A stretch of 63,973 bases of DNA, counting the filler. It is 7 parts of 7 records of this genome, joined end to end, with 100 filler letters (N's around TTAATTAATTAA, not from the genome) between each part and the next. Parts side by side here need not be neighbours in the genome. Positions count along the whole stretch, not along the records: positions 43,263 to 52,194 come from DRR723986_11300; positions 52,295 to 58,826 come from DRR723986_11312; positions 58,927 to 63,973 come from DRR723986_12524; 4 more parts are not named here. One strand, written 5' to 3'. Made by a program: the position numbers and the translations under genes. Within the stretch, counting starts at the first letter, position 1. Every line of letters starts with the position of its first letter. Positions 50,768 through 61,716 of this stretch are shown piece by piece. A model generated the notes under the pieces. The model was not told the DNA's origin. It saw nothing but the letters and a program-made list of their open reading frames with translations, and searched no databases.

Positions 50768-51469
50768 ATGACACAGACTTTGCGCCTCCATTATGCCCCT
50801 GACAATGCCTCGCTGATTATTCGGCTGGTGCTGACCGAGATGGGCTTGCCGTTCGAAACGGCTCTGGTGGATCGTACGAAATCGGCCCAAAATAGTACAA
50901 ACTATCTGGCGCTGAACCCAAACGGGCTGATCCCCGTGCTGGAAACACCCCAAGGACCGATCTTTGAAACGGCTGCGATCCTGCTGTGGCTCAGTGAATA
51001 CACGGATCAAATGGCCCCAAAGGCACAAAGCGATCAACGCAGCGCATTTCTCAAGTGGCTCTTCTTTGCCTCAAACACACTGCACGCAGATCTGCGCATC
51101 CTGTTTTACGCCGAGAAATATATAGACCCGAAACAAGCCGACACATTGCGCGCCGGCATTCGCCCGCGTCTGCGTCACCACTTGAAACTGCTCGATCAGG
51201 TCGCACAGGACGCGCCCGATTGGTTTCATGCACAGAGCCCCTCGGTTCTGACCTATTATGTTGCCTGCATGATGCGGTGGATGGCACTTTATCCCAAGGG
51301 GTCGGACCAAAGCTGGTTCACCCCGGCCGACACGCCCTACCTGCAACGCATTCTACAGTCCCTTGAAACCCGCGACGCCACCCGCGCCGCGATCACCGCC
51401 GAGGGGCTGGGGGCCACTCCCTTTACCTCGCCCACCTACGCCACTCCTCCAGAAGGCTCAGCTACCTAA
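50768..51469 (+). CDS. glutathione S-transferase family
   Basis: LHYAPDNAS, YLALNPNGLIPVL and IFETAAILLWL. Confidence 0.9.
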   Translation: MTQTLRLHYAPDNASLIIRLVLTEMGLPFETALVDRTKSAQNSTNYLALNPNGLIPVLETPQGPIFETAAILLWLSEYTDQMAPKAQSDQRSAFLKWLFFASNTLHADLRILFYAEKYIDPKQADTLRAGIRPRLRHHLKLLDQVAQDAPDWFHAQSPSVLTYYVACMMRWMALYPKGSDQSWFTPADTPYLQRILQSLETRDATRAAITAEGLGATPFTSPTYATPPEGSAT

Positions 51470-51470
51470 G

Positions 51471-52194
51471 ATGTTTCTCTCCGTCTTCGATATGTTCAAA
51501 GTGGGCATTGGCCCCTCGTCCTCACACACTATGGGCCCAATGGTGGCCGCCGCACGGTTTCTAGACATGATGCGCGCCTCGCCGTTTGAGTTCCATGGTC
51601 TCAAGGCATCCCTGCACGGCTCGCTGGCCTTTACCGGCGTTGGTCATGCGACGGACCGCGCCACCATCCTTGGCCTCGCTGGGTTCATTCCCGACACCTA
51701 TGACAATGACAAAGCCGAAGCCGCGCTTGCTGACATCAACGCCACCCACACGGTCCAGCCCGAAGGTCTCGCGCCGCTCGCCTTTGATCCCAAAACCGAT
51801 CTGGTGTTCGATTACGATCACACGCTTGAGGGTCACGCCAACGCAATGATCTTGATGGCGACCGATGCGCAGGGCGATGTCACCCTGCGTCAGGTGTTCT
51901 TTTCCATCGGCGGTGGGTTTGTCCTCACCGAAGAGGAACTGACCCAAGGCAAAGCAACGGATGAAGGCGATCCGGTTCCATATCCGTTCAAATCCGCGAC
52001 CGAGATGTTGGAAATGGCTAAGGCCAGCGGCAAATCCATCGCCGACATGAAACGCGCCAATGAAATTTCGCGTGGCTGCGAGGTCTCGCTTGCCAAAGGC
52101 ACCGCGCGCCTGTGGGAGGTCATGAATGGCTGCATCGAACGCGGTCTGGTCACAGACGGGATCCTGCCCGGCGGGCTGAATGTGCGCCGCCGCG
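51471..52194 (+). CDS. sdaA: L-serine ammonia-lyase (3' truncated)
   Basis: SVFDMFKVGIGPSSSHTMGPM, GSLAFTGVGH, SIGGGF and GILPGGLNVRRR. Confidence 0.95.
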
Positions 52195-52294
52195 NNNNNN
52201 NNNNNNNNNNNNNNNNNNNNNNNNNNNNNNNNNNNNNNTTAATTAATTAANNNNNNNNNNNNNNNNNNNNNNNNNNNNNNNNNNNNNNNNNNNN
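52195..52294. other. artificial contig linker
   Basis: N44-TTAATTAATTAA-N44. Confidence 0.99.
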
Positions 52295-52399
52295 CCCCGC
52301 CGTTCGATACGCTGATGCAATCCCACTCCATGGAGGGTTCTCCGAACGCAGCAAGGGCAGTGGCGAACCGGGCACAAGAAAAGCTGAAACTACTGTCAT
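52295..52399 (-). CDS. amnA: 2-aminophenol 1,6-dioxygenase alpha subunit (N-terminal 35 aa only)
   Basis: MTVVSAFLVPGSPLP...W matches the AmnA N-terminus as recalled; GGAGG RBS; directly follows amnB. Confidence 0.8.
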
Positions 52400-52416
52400 T
52401 GACGTCTTGCCTCCTG

Positions 52417-53910
<1,494 letters not shown>

Positions 53911-53911
<1 letters not shown>

Positions 53912-54384
53912 CAATGTTGTCCCTTTTTCTCGCAATCGCTGCCACAGCCGCCAAGCCCCTGGCACTTTGATTGAATGGCTTCGCAGTAAAATGAAAACTC
54001 GGCCTCAATTGCGGCCCTGAGTGGCAGATCAGAGACCCCAACGGTGGTCCTTGCGGGCAGGCACTCCCTTGGCGTTGCGCCGAAGAAGTCATCCCACACG
54101 GCGTTAAAGGCTGGAAATTCCGAAAACTCGGAAAGGTAGATCTTTGCCCCCACCATGTCCTCAATTGTCAGGCCAAGCTCATCCATCATGGCTTTTAAGT
54201 TGATGAAGATGCACTTGGCTTCAGCGCTGATCCCGCCCGCAACAAGCTCACCCGAATCACGATCCAGCCCGACCATTCCTGCCGTCTGAACGTAACCGCC
54301 GACCCCCACGAGAGGGCTATAGCTGAACTTTGGGTTCGGCATGGCCTTTGTAGATATTGCTCTTTTTGCTGTTGGCGATGCCAT
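53911..54384 (-). CDS. RidA/YjgF family protein
   Basis: FSYSP, TAGMVG, FPAFNAVWDDFF and PARTTVGVSDLPLRAAIEAE; AGGAAGG RBS. Confidence 0.88.
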
Positions 54385-54422
54385 TGGGCGCACCTTCCTG
54401 TTGGTCGAGTTTCAAAAGCTAT

Positions 54423-54441
54423 AATCTTAAAATTTGAGATT
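54423..54441. promoter_or_regulatory. candidate operator in divergent promoter
   Basis: AATCTTAAA-A-TTTGAGATT, near-perfect inverted repeat in an AT-rich gap. Confidence 0.5.
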
Positions 54442-54562
54442 GTAAATCATTTATTGAGTTTTTGAATTTTGTCGTCTAAGAAGGCTCCTATGTTTAACGC
54501 CCGCCGCCGCTGGGCAGCCTGATCACGACCTCGTCGGAGATCGAAACCGGAGGAAAGTCACC

Positions 54563-56635
54563 ATGAACCCGCTTGCAGTCGGAATTCTGAGTATCGTCAT
54601 CGCAATCATCGTGATCGTGATTCTATGGGTCCTGTTTTGGTGGCTCTACAAACGCGCGACCAAGGAGGTGGCCTTTGTCCGAACCGGTTTTGGGGGGCAA
54701 AAGGTTGTCCAGAACGGCGGCGCCTTCGTCATTCCGGTCCTGCACGACACCATCCCTGTTTCGATGGGAACGGTTCGTATGGAGATTGCGCGAATCGAGG
54801 CAAACTCAATCATCACCAAAGACCGGATGCGTGTGGACACCACAGCTGAATTCTACATCCGAGTGGGAGGCCGGGAGGATGCAATCGCGCTGGCGGCGCA
54901 ATCACTCGGCAGCAAGACAGCACGCCCGGAAGCCCTGCGCGAGTTGATGGAAGGTCGCTTTGTCGACGCCCTGCGCACGGTCGCGGCCGAAATGACCATG
55001 GAAGACCTGCATGAACAGCGCGGCGAATACATTTCTCGCGTCAAGGCGCTTGTCAGCCCCGAGATTGAACGGACAGGTCTCGAACTGGAATCGGCCTCGC
55101 TGACCGCGCTGGAGCAAACGAAGAAAGAGTTCTTTAACCCCAACAACGCCTTCGATGCCGAGGGTCTTACACGGCTGACCAACGAGATTGAGGAACGCCG
55201 GCTGAAACGAAACGCCATCGAACAGGATTCAGAGGTCAGCATCCAGCAAAAGCTGTTGGAAACCGAAACGCGCAAACTTGAGATTTCGCGCGACGAAGAA
55301 TTCGCCCGACTTGAGCAACAGCGCGACATCGCAGTGCGCCGCGCCGAACAGGCCGCACGCATTTCAGCAGAAGAAGCAGGCAAACGAAGAGAGGCCGAAG
55401 CCGCAAAGGTCGACGCCGATCTAGCCATCAAGGTCGCCAACATCAAAGCCGAACAAGCCGCCGAATTCGAAACGCTCGGAAAGCGCAAGGCCATTGAGCA
55501 GTTGAACCAGAAAACCAATCGGGAAATCGCCGAGACAGAGGTAGAGGCGGACCAGGCGGTAAAGCTGCGGAAGATTGAAACCGAAAAAACCATTGCACTC
55601 CAGCAGGCAGAGACAACTTCGCTGGTCGCCCAGGAAGAGGCCAAGCTGCGCCAGGTGGCAGATGCAGCGCAAATCATGGCCGATCAGGAAGTGGACAAGG
55701 TTCGGATCAGCGCGCAGGCCGAGGTCACACAGGCCAAGACCAAAACCGATGAGGCCATCGAGGTCGCCAAGCGGGCGGCAGAACGCGCCATTGCGGAGGC
55801 AAAGTTGCAGTTGGATACCGCTGTGGATCTTCTTGCAGTGGAACAGCAACAGACCCTCGCACTGAGCGAACACCAGAAGGACATCGCGATTGCGGAAAGC
55901 ACAAAATCGCAGGTTGCAGCCCTCGCCGCGGCCGAGAATGATCGCGCACAACTCGTCAAGGCCGAAGAGGAACTTGCCAAACTGCGTGCGGTCGAACGAG
56001 AGGAGAAAGAGAAAGTGATCGCTCTGATCCAGGCCGCGACCGACGCAGAAAAGGCCGCAATCACCACAGCCATCGCCGCCGAAAGCCAGCACAAGGAGGC
56101 CGCGGAGCTTGCCAAGGCAGCCGAGATCAGAACCAAGTCCGAGGCCGGACGCATCACCGCCATTGCCGCGGCCGAAGCGGCAGCCGACAACGAACAGACA
56201 GAGGCGATCAAGCTGCGCCGCGCCGTTGAGGCGGATGCCGCCAAAGCCCTCAATGAGGCGGAAAACCTCATGTCGGACGACTTGATGAAGCTGAAAGTTC
56301 GCCTGTCGGTCATCGAAAACCTCAAGGATATCATTCGGGAAAGCGCCCGCCCGATGGAGCAAATCGACGACATCAAGATTGTGCAGGTCGATGGCCTGCT
56401 AGGCGGATCGGGTGGTTCCGGAGACACCGTCGTAAGCGGTGGTGAAGGCGGAAACCTTGCCGATCAGGTGGTCAACAGTGCGCTGCGTTATCGTGCGCAA
56501 GGACCGGTAATCGACTCCCTGCTGAGCGAGATCGGATTGAAATCACCCGATGCCAAAGGCGTTGCCAACATGCTTGGCCATGACTTTGACCCCAATGGTG
56601 ACGGGAATGGAAGCGAAAGCACTCAGAACGACTGA
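54563..56635 (+). CDS. flotillin (SPFH) family protein, YqiK-like
   Basis: N-terminal TM, AFVRTGFGG, ITKDRMRVD, FNPNNAFDAEGL, long AEA-rich coiled coil and PMEQIDDIKI...LRYRAQGP; GGAGG RBS. Confidence 0.92.
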   Translation: MNPLAVGILSIVIAIIVIVILWVLFWWLYKRATKEVAFVRTGFGGQKVVQNGGAFVIPVLHDTIPVSMGTVRMEIARIEANSIITKDRMRVDTTAEFYIRVGGREDAIALAAQSLGSKTARPEALRELMEGRFVDALRTVAAEMTMEDLHEQRGEYISRVKALVSPEIERTGLELESASLTALEQTKKEFFNPNNAFDAEGLTRLTNEIEERRLKRNAIEQDSEVSIQQKLLETETRKLEISRDEEFARLEQQRDIAVRRAEQAARISAEEAGKRREAEAAKVDADLAIKVANIKAEQAAEFETLGKRKAIEQLNQKTNREIAETEVEADQAVKLRKIETEKTIALQQAETTSLVAQEEAKLRQVADAAQIMADQEVDKVRISAQAEVTQAKTKTDEAIEVAKRAAERAIAEAKLQLDTAVDLLAVEQQQTLALSEHQKDIAIAESTKSQVAALAAAENDRAQLVKAEEELAKLRAVEREEKEKVIALIQAATDAEKAAITTAIAAESQHKEAAELAKAAEIRTKSEAGRITAIAAAEAAADNEQTEAIKLRRAVEADAAKALNEAENLMSDDLMKLKVRLSVIENLKDIIRESARPMEQIDDIKIVQVDGLLGGSGGSGDTVVSGGEGGNLADQVVNSALRYRAQGPVIDSLLSEIGLKSPDAKGVANMLGHDFDPNGDGNGSESTQND

Positions 56636-56706
56636 TTTGCATATCACTGGAGGGAGTATTGATATAATGTCGTTTGAAACAACACAGAAAAACTCCCTTC
56701 AGGCCC

Positions 56707-57867
56707 ATGGCAACTCCCAAAAACACTTCAGTCATAAAAGCTTTTGAGATTCTCAATGTTTTCAGCCGAAACAACAGGCCACTGACAGCGCCTGAGGTGG
56801 CAGAAGAAACGGGACAAAACCTTTCGACAACGCACAGGTTTCTCCTCACACTGGAGGACCTGGGCGCGGTCGCCCGGTCACCGGGAAACCGATATCATCT
56901 GGGAATGATGGTGGCGGAACTGGGCAAGAAAGTCACCAAACGCGACGTCTTTGCCGAACGGGCAAAAAGCCACGTGAACAAACTCTGCGAGCGCTTGGGA
57001 GAAACCATCAGTCTCGCGACCTTCGAAGATGAAAAAATCCAGTTTATCGCCTGGGCCGAACCCAGACGCCCTCTGTTTTTCCAGTTGCGACGTGATGAAC
57101 CTTTGCCGCTGCATGCAAGTTCTCTGGGCAAACTCTTTCTCGCCGCAATGCCGACAGTGGCGCGCGAAGAAGCAATTCAGAAACTGACATTGACCAGGTT
57201 TACGGATCAGACGCTTCACTCTGCTGCCACGCTCCGCCGCGAGCTTAACCAGGTGGCCGAGAACGGTTTTGCGCGCGACAATCAAGAGCTTGAAGACGGA
57301 CTTGACTGCATCGCGGTCCCCATACTTGACGCAGACGGGCATGTATTTGCGGCACTGTCTGTCTCGGCCCCCAGCTCACGTGCAAATCGCACGACCCTTC
57401 GGACATTCAAACAGGCCCTGCTTCAGACAGCAGGAGACATTCAGAAGTCGCTCTTTATCGAAAACAAGATCCTCCCCGGAAAAGCAAAGCCAAAAGGCAG
57501 CTTCCCGCATGTCAAACGCGTCGGCGATTTCGGCTTCATTTCTGGAACCAGTGCACGCAATCCGGATGAGACCTTTACCGGCGCAACGGTGAAAAAAAAC
57601 GGCGAAGTCATCCTGGATATCACCAAGCAAACCACCGCCACTATCCAGAATATCGCGGACATTCTGGCAAGCATTGATGCTGAACTGGACGATCTGGTTG
57701 AACTGGAGGCTTATCTCGTCGACATGGATGACTACGACGGGTTCAACGCAGCCTACGAACAGTTCTTTGGCACCGATGGCCCAACAAGAACAACCGTATC
57801 AGTTGAAGCCCTCCCCCACCCTCATCAGCTCATCATGATGAAAGCAACGGCCTATATCCCGCGGTAA
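56707..57867 (+). CDS. IclR regulator fused to C-terminal Rid (aminomuconate deaminase-like) domain
   Basis: SVIKAFEIL HTH, LHASSLGK, ELEDGLDCIAVPI and AALSVS (IclR), then in frame PKGSFPH, FISGTSAR and GPTRTTV...LPHPH (Rid). Confidence 0.88.
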   Translation: MATPKNTSVIKAFEILNVFSRNNRPLTAPEVAEETGQNLSTTHRFLLTLEDLGAVARSPGNRYHLGMMVAELGKKVTKRDVFAERAKSHVNKLCERLGETISLATFEDEKIQFIAWAEPRRPLFFQLRRDEPLPLHASSLGKLFLAAMPTVAREEAIQKLTLTRFTDQTLHSAATLRRELNQVAENGFARDNQELEDGLDCIAVPILDADGHVFAALSVSAPSSRANRTTLRTFKQALLQTAGDIQKSLFIENKILPGKAKPKGSFPHVKRVGDFGFISGTSARNPDETFTGATVKKNGEVILDITKQTTATIQNIADILASIDAELDDLVELEAYLVDMDDYDGFNAAYEQFFGTDGPTRTTVSVEALPHPHQLIMMKATAYIPR

Positions 57868-57958
57868 GGGACAGCCAAGCGCTGACTTCAGACATATGCA
57901 ACAAAGCCCTTTGGGCCGAAACAGGCACTTGTTCGCATCAAGCATCTAGCATCAAGCG

Positions 57959-58072
57959 CTATCCAAGCAGTGCCAACCAAATCCCTACAAACATCAATAT
58001 TCCGCCTAGATTGACCCACCCATGCCAAATCGCATACCGGAACGGCAGGGATTTTCGAGCGTAAAGGTGCAC
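57959..58072 (-). pseudogene. 3' remnant resembling hemolysin III/PAQR membrane protein
   Basis: LYARKSLPFRYAIWHGWVNLGG resembles the HlyIII C-terminal AIWH motif; the upstream frame loses similarity. Confidence 0.45.
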
Positions 58073-58103
58073 CGCGCGGCGCTCACTGTGGGGGGCCGAT
58101 ACC

Positions 58104-58484
58104 TTTTGGACACTCGTTTTGGACATTCCAGACGGCAAGAGCCCTATAAACAAGGCCTTAGAAAAAATTGGCCGAATTTGTAGAATGAGAAGAATGACAG
58201 AATCCATCTCATTTTGCCGCATGGTTTGAGACAGGTGGGAACAAAAATGATCGGAAGGCACTTGTCGCCCCGCGTTGCCACCCGGTTCCCCAAACCCCAA
58301 TAATGCTTGGTTCTATGCTAGATCCACAATGGCGCAGACGAGCGTCGCCTGGGTTCAATCTCAAACACTGGGCCGTATTGATCAGGTAGAAAGGTGGGAA
58401 GTCAGTTCCCACCTGAAGAAAACCGTTGAAAAACAGAACATTGCAAAAGCGCCTGTCATTTTCGTTGGGGCCTAGGGTGGGAAC
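58104..58484. repeat. clustered short repeats at a putative mobile-element end
   Basis: TTTTGGACA at 58104 and 58117; GGTGGGAA at 58234, 58393 and 58476, plus an inverted copy at 58406-58413. Confidence 0.6.
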
Positions 58485-58540
58485 CACCGGTTTCCGTTAG
58501 ATTTTGGTCCAATTTTTCTTCGAAGTTAACGTACCACGCT

Positions 58541-58741
58541 TCAGGATTTACCATTGGCGCGCCGCATTCGCTTTATCGCGCGCCTCATGATCAGATGTTT
58601 ATCACCTACAGTATCGGAGAGTATTTGTTTTTGACGTTCGATACGGCTATCGAGCACTGCAAGCCTTTGAAATTCATCAGATTCAAGAAAGTCGCGCCAG
58701 TGCTTGTTTACACCTGCTTGGTGTACATTTTGGTCTTTCAT
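58541..58741 (-). CDS. small hypothetical protein, possibly phage/island-derived
   Basis: 66-aa helical, basic C-terminus, lower-GC context. Confidence 0.4.
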   Translation of the reverse strand: MKDQNVHQAGVNKHWRDFLESDEFQRLAVLDSRIERQKQILSDTVGDKHLIMRRAIKRMRRANGKS

Positions 58742-58826
58742 CGCGAGTTCTTCATATTCTTATGGAATCCCGTCCATTTGTCGGCGGTGTACAAGCTGGA
58801 CCTGTCCCGTTTTCGTGCCGCCCCAA

Positions 58827-58926
58827 NNNNNNNNNNNNNNNNNNNNNNNNNNNNNNNNNNNNNNNNNNNNTTAATTAATTAANNNNNNNNNNNNNNNNNN
58901 NNNNNNNNNNNNNNNNNNNNNNNNNN
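58827..58926. other. artificial contig linker
   Basis: N44-TTAATTAATTAA-N44. Confidence 0.99.
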
Positions 58927-59728
58927 GCACCGGTGCAAACGCCGCCGCATAGAGGATCGAGGCCATGGATTTGCACAGGATCAGCACCAGTGCCATGTAA
59001 CCTGCCAAGGCCCACCACAGCAGCGCCCTGCGGCCCTGATCGCTGCGCGCGATGGTAATGGCCGACAGCACGCCGGTCAGCGCAAGGAACGCCGCCCACA
59101 ACCCGTGATAGAGAAACACGATGGGACGGAAGCCATCGCCCCGGATCATCTGTTCGAACGAATGCTGAAAATAGCCGTAGATCCAGATATTGAGCTGCGG
59201 CGACAGCCGCACTTCCAACAGCATCGGCAGCGAATAGACCAGCCCGGCCAGCAGCATTGCCCAAAGCAGATCGCGAATATCGTCGTCCTGACGTAGGAAA
59301 TTGCGCGCCAGCAGCAGCGGCGACATCAGCAACGCCTGATTGATGGATTGCGCGACGGCCTCTCGGATCTGAAGGGCGGGCAGGCTGAAACTGCCGAAAT
59401 AGACCGGATCCATATTGGTCAGCACGGTCCCGAAGGGGCTGAAGATGAATATCAGCACCAACGCTCGGGCGGTGTTGTTTTCCGGCAGGTACCTCAGGTC
59501 CTTGCGATACATGACCAGGCAGGTGAACAGGGCCGCCACACCGGGAATGGTTTGCTTGGTCAGCGGCGGCAGCAGGGGAAAGTCGAAGCCCGCCGGTTGC
59601 GGTGGCAGAAACAGATAGCCAAGGATGAGAGACGCCAGCAAAGCACGGCCCGGTGGCAGCTTGACAAAAAGCCAGACCACGAAAACCGGATAAATCACCA
59701 GCGCGAGAGAGGCGAGAGCATTGGGCAT
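58927..59728 (-). CDS. Wzy/O-antigen ligase-like membrane protein (3' truncated)
   Basis: Polytopic; EVRLSPQL...YGYF, GFRPIVFLYHGL and LCKS; EPS context. Confidence 0.7.
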
Positions 59729-59870
59729 GCCTGTATTCGGTCGTCCTTTACGTTTGCGTCGTCATGTTTCTGCCCGGTTTCCCCCCTAAAGGGGGGTTCA
59801 ACACGGGGTATACCCGGAACATGGGGCAGAAATATGCCCCGGATACGATTTGACGGCGAAAGGCAGGGCA

Positions 59871-61076
59871 ATGGCTGCGGGCAGCGACAGACGGTTGAAG
59901 ATCGCCTATCTGTGCGATTTCGATCCGCGGGATCCGACGCTCTATTCGGGTGGCAATGCCCGGATGCTTGCGGCTTTGGAAACCCATGCTGGCGATGTCA
60001 CGGTCCTGCCGCAAGGCTGGGGACTGGCCGAGCCGCTGCGCCGCGCGGTTCTGGCCGCACCGGAATCGATCAGCATCCGTGCCCGCTGGCGGCTGCATCT
60101 TTTGCTGTCGCGGCTGATCGCTGCGCCGGTGCGCAAGGCACTGTTGGCGGATCGGTTCGACGTGTTGTTCGGGGCCTACTCGTTCCATTCGCTGCATCGT
60201 CTGCGCCCGCCCTACCCCATGGTTACGGCCTTTACGTCGGATGCAACGCCGACGACATACAAGCAGTCCGAGATCGGGCAGAGTTTCGGATCTTGGTTCT
60301 CGCCCTCTCGCGCGCTTGATCCCTTGATTGAAGCCGCCGAGCGACGCACCTTTCGCGCGCTTGACCTGGCGCTCTGGCCATCGGACTGGCTGAGCAACGC
60401 CGTCAACGACCGCTACGGCCCGCTGCCCGGTCAGTCCCTGACCGTGCCCTGGGGGGCGAATGTGCCCGATCCAGGCGTCACCAGGCCTGCGCCGCTGGCC
60501 CCCGGCAAACCGGTCGAGATCCTTCTGGTCGGGCGCGACTGGACTGCAAAGGGTGGCTGGACCACTGCCGCAGCCGTGAAGGCCCTGCGGGCGCAGGGGG
60601 TGGATGCGCGGCTGACCGTGATCGGCTGCACCCCGCCGCCCGAGATCGGAACGGAGGCCCTGACGGTGTATTCCCATCTGGACAAGACGGTGCCAGACGA
60701 GTTGCAGATCTTTCACGACAGTTTCAGGCGCGCTCATTTTCTGTTGATGCCGTCCATGGAATCCTATGGCTTCGCCTTTTGCGAGGCCTCGGCCTACGGG
60801 TTGCCGTCGCTTTGCCTCGACGTTGGCGGTGTGCCGGTCTGGGACGGGGTCAATGGCCATGCCCTGCCGCTTGGCGCGGGCCCGGAAGACTTCGCCGCGA
60901 TCGTCCAGCGCTATGTGCAGGCCCCGGACACGCATGCCGCCCTGCGCGTCAGCGCAAGGCAGGTCTATGAAGAACACCTGAACTGGGATGCCTGGGGCCG
61001 CAGGGTGGCCGGGCTGATGCGAGATGCGCTTAGTGCCCCGTCCCGCGAAGAACCACCCCAAAGGTCCGGCCAATGA
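59871..61076 (+). CDS. glycosyltransferase family 4
   Basis: GRDWTAKGG and MPSMESYGFAFCEASAYGLP (E-x7-E motif). Confidence 0.9.
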   Translation: MAAGSDRRLKIAYLCDFDPRDPTLYSGGNARMLAALETHAGDVTVLPQGWGLAEPLRRAVLAAPESISIRARWRLHLLLSRLIAAPVRKALLADRFDVLFGAYSFHSLHRLRPPYPMVTAFTSDATPTTYKQSEIGQSFGSWFSPSRALDPLIEAAERRTFRALDLALWPSDWLSNAVNDRYGPLPGQSLTVPWGANVPDPGVTRPAPLAPGKPVEILLVGRDWTAKGGWTTAAAVKALRAQGVDARLTVIGCTPPPEIGTEALTVYSHLDKTVPDELQIFHDSFRRAHFLLMPSMESYGFAFCEASAYGLPSLCLDVGGVPVWDGVNGHALPLGAGPEDFAAIVQRYVQAPDTHAALRVSARQVYEEHLNWDAWGRRVAGLMRDALSAPSREEPPQRSGQ

Positions 61077-61716
61077 TCGCCAGGTCGGTGCGCAGCGACA
61101 GCTGCCGGTAATATTCCTGATCGAAGCCGGCACGCTCGTGAAAGCTGCTGTCATTGCGGCTGGAGGTCTGCCAGAACCCGGTGATGCCCGGACGCATGAC
61201 GTAGTATTCGGTGCCCGGATACAGCGCGCGCTGATTGCACATCATCGGGCGGGGACCGACGATGGACATGTCGCCGATCAGCACATTCCACAGCTGCGGC
61301 AGTTCATCGAGTGACGAGCGGCGCAGGAAATGCCCGAAACCGGTGATCCTCGGGTCGTTCTTCAGCTTTTGGTGGTGGTTCCATTCCGCACGGGCGGAAG
61401 GGTTTTGGGCCAGATAGTCTTCCAGAACCAGATCGGCCCCCTTGACCATGCTGCGCAGCTTCCACATGCCGAAAACGCGGCCGTTCATGCCGATGCGTTC
61501 CTGGCGGTAGAATGGCGAGCCGCCTTCCCGCACGATCAGGATCAAAGCGGAGATCAGCACGATCAGCGCGGCGGGAAGGGCAGCCAGAAGGACAACCGCG
61601 ATATCCAGCGTCCGCTTTGCGTGGCGACGATAGATCGACCGAGCCTGGCCATGCCGGATCGGCAGAACCGCGTGCGGTGCCTCGCTTTGGCTATAAAGGC
61701 CGAAACGCTCGTACAT
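61030..61716 (-). CDS. priming sugar transferase (Bac_transf, ExoY/WcaJ-like)
   Basis: KRTLDI, KLRSM, KLKNDPRIT, LRRSSLDELPQLWNVLIGDMSIVGPRP and RPGITG. Confidence 0.93.
   Translation of the reverse strand: MYERFGLYSQSEAPHAVLPIRHGQARSIYRRHAKRTLDIAVVLLAALPAALIVLISALILIVREGGSPFYRQERIGMNGRVFGMWKLRSMVKGADLVLEDYLAQNPSARAEWNHHQKLKNDPRITGFGHFLRRSSLDELPQLWNVLIGDMSIVGPRPMMCNQRALYPGTEYYVMRPGITGFWQTSSRNDSSFHERAGFDQEYYRQLSLRTDLAIIGRTFGVVLRGTGH

Noticed and set aside
57880-57957. Hammerhead ribozyme or CRISPR-like repeat (CTGA...GAAAC; GCATC(A/T)A x3)
   Set aside because: Core CUGANGA is absent; the 7-nt tandem has no spacers or cas genes
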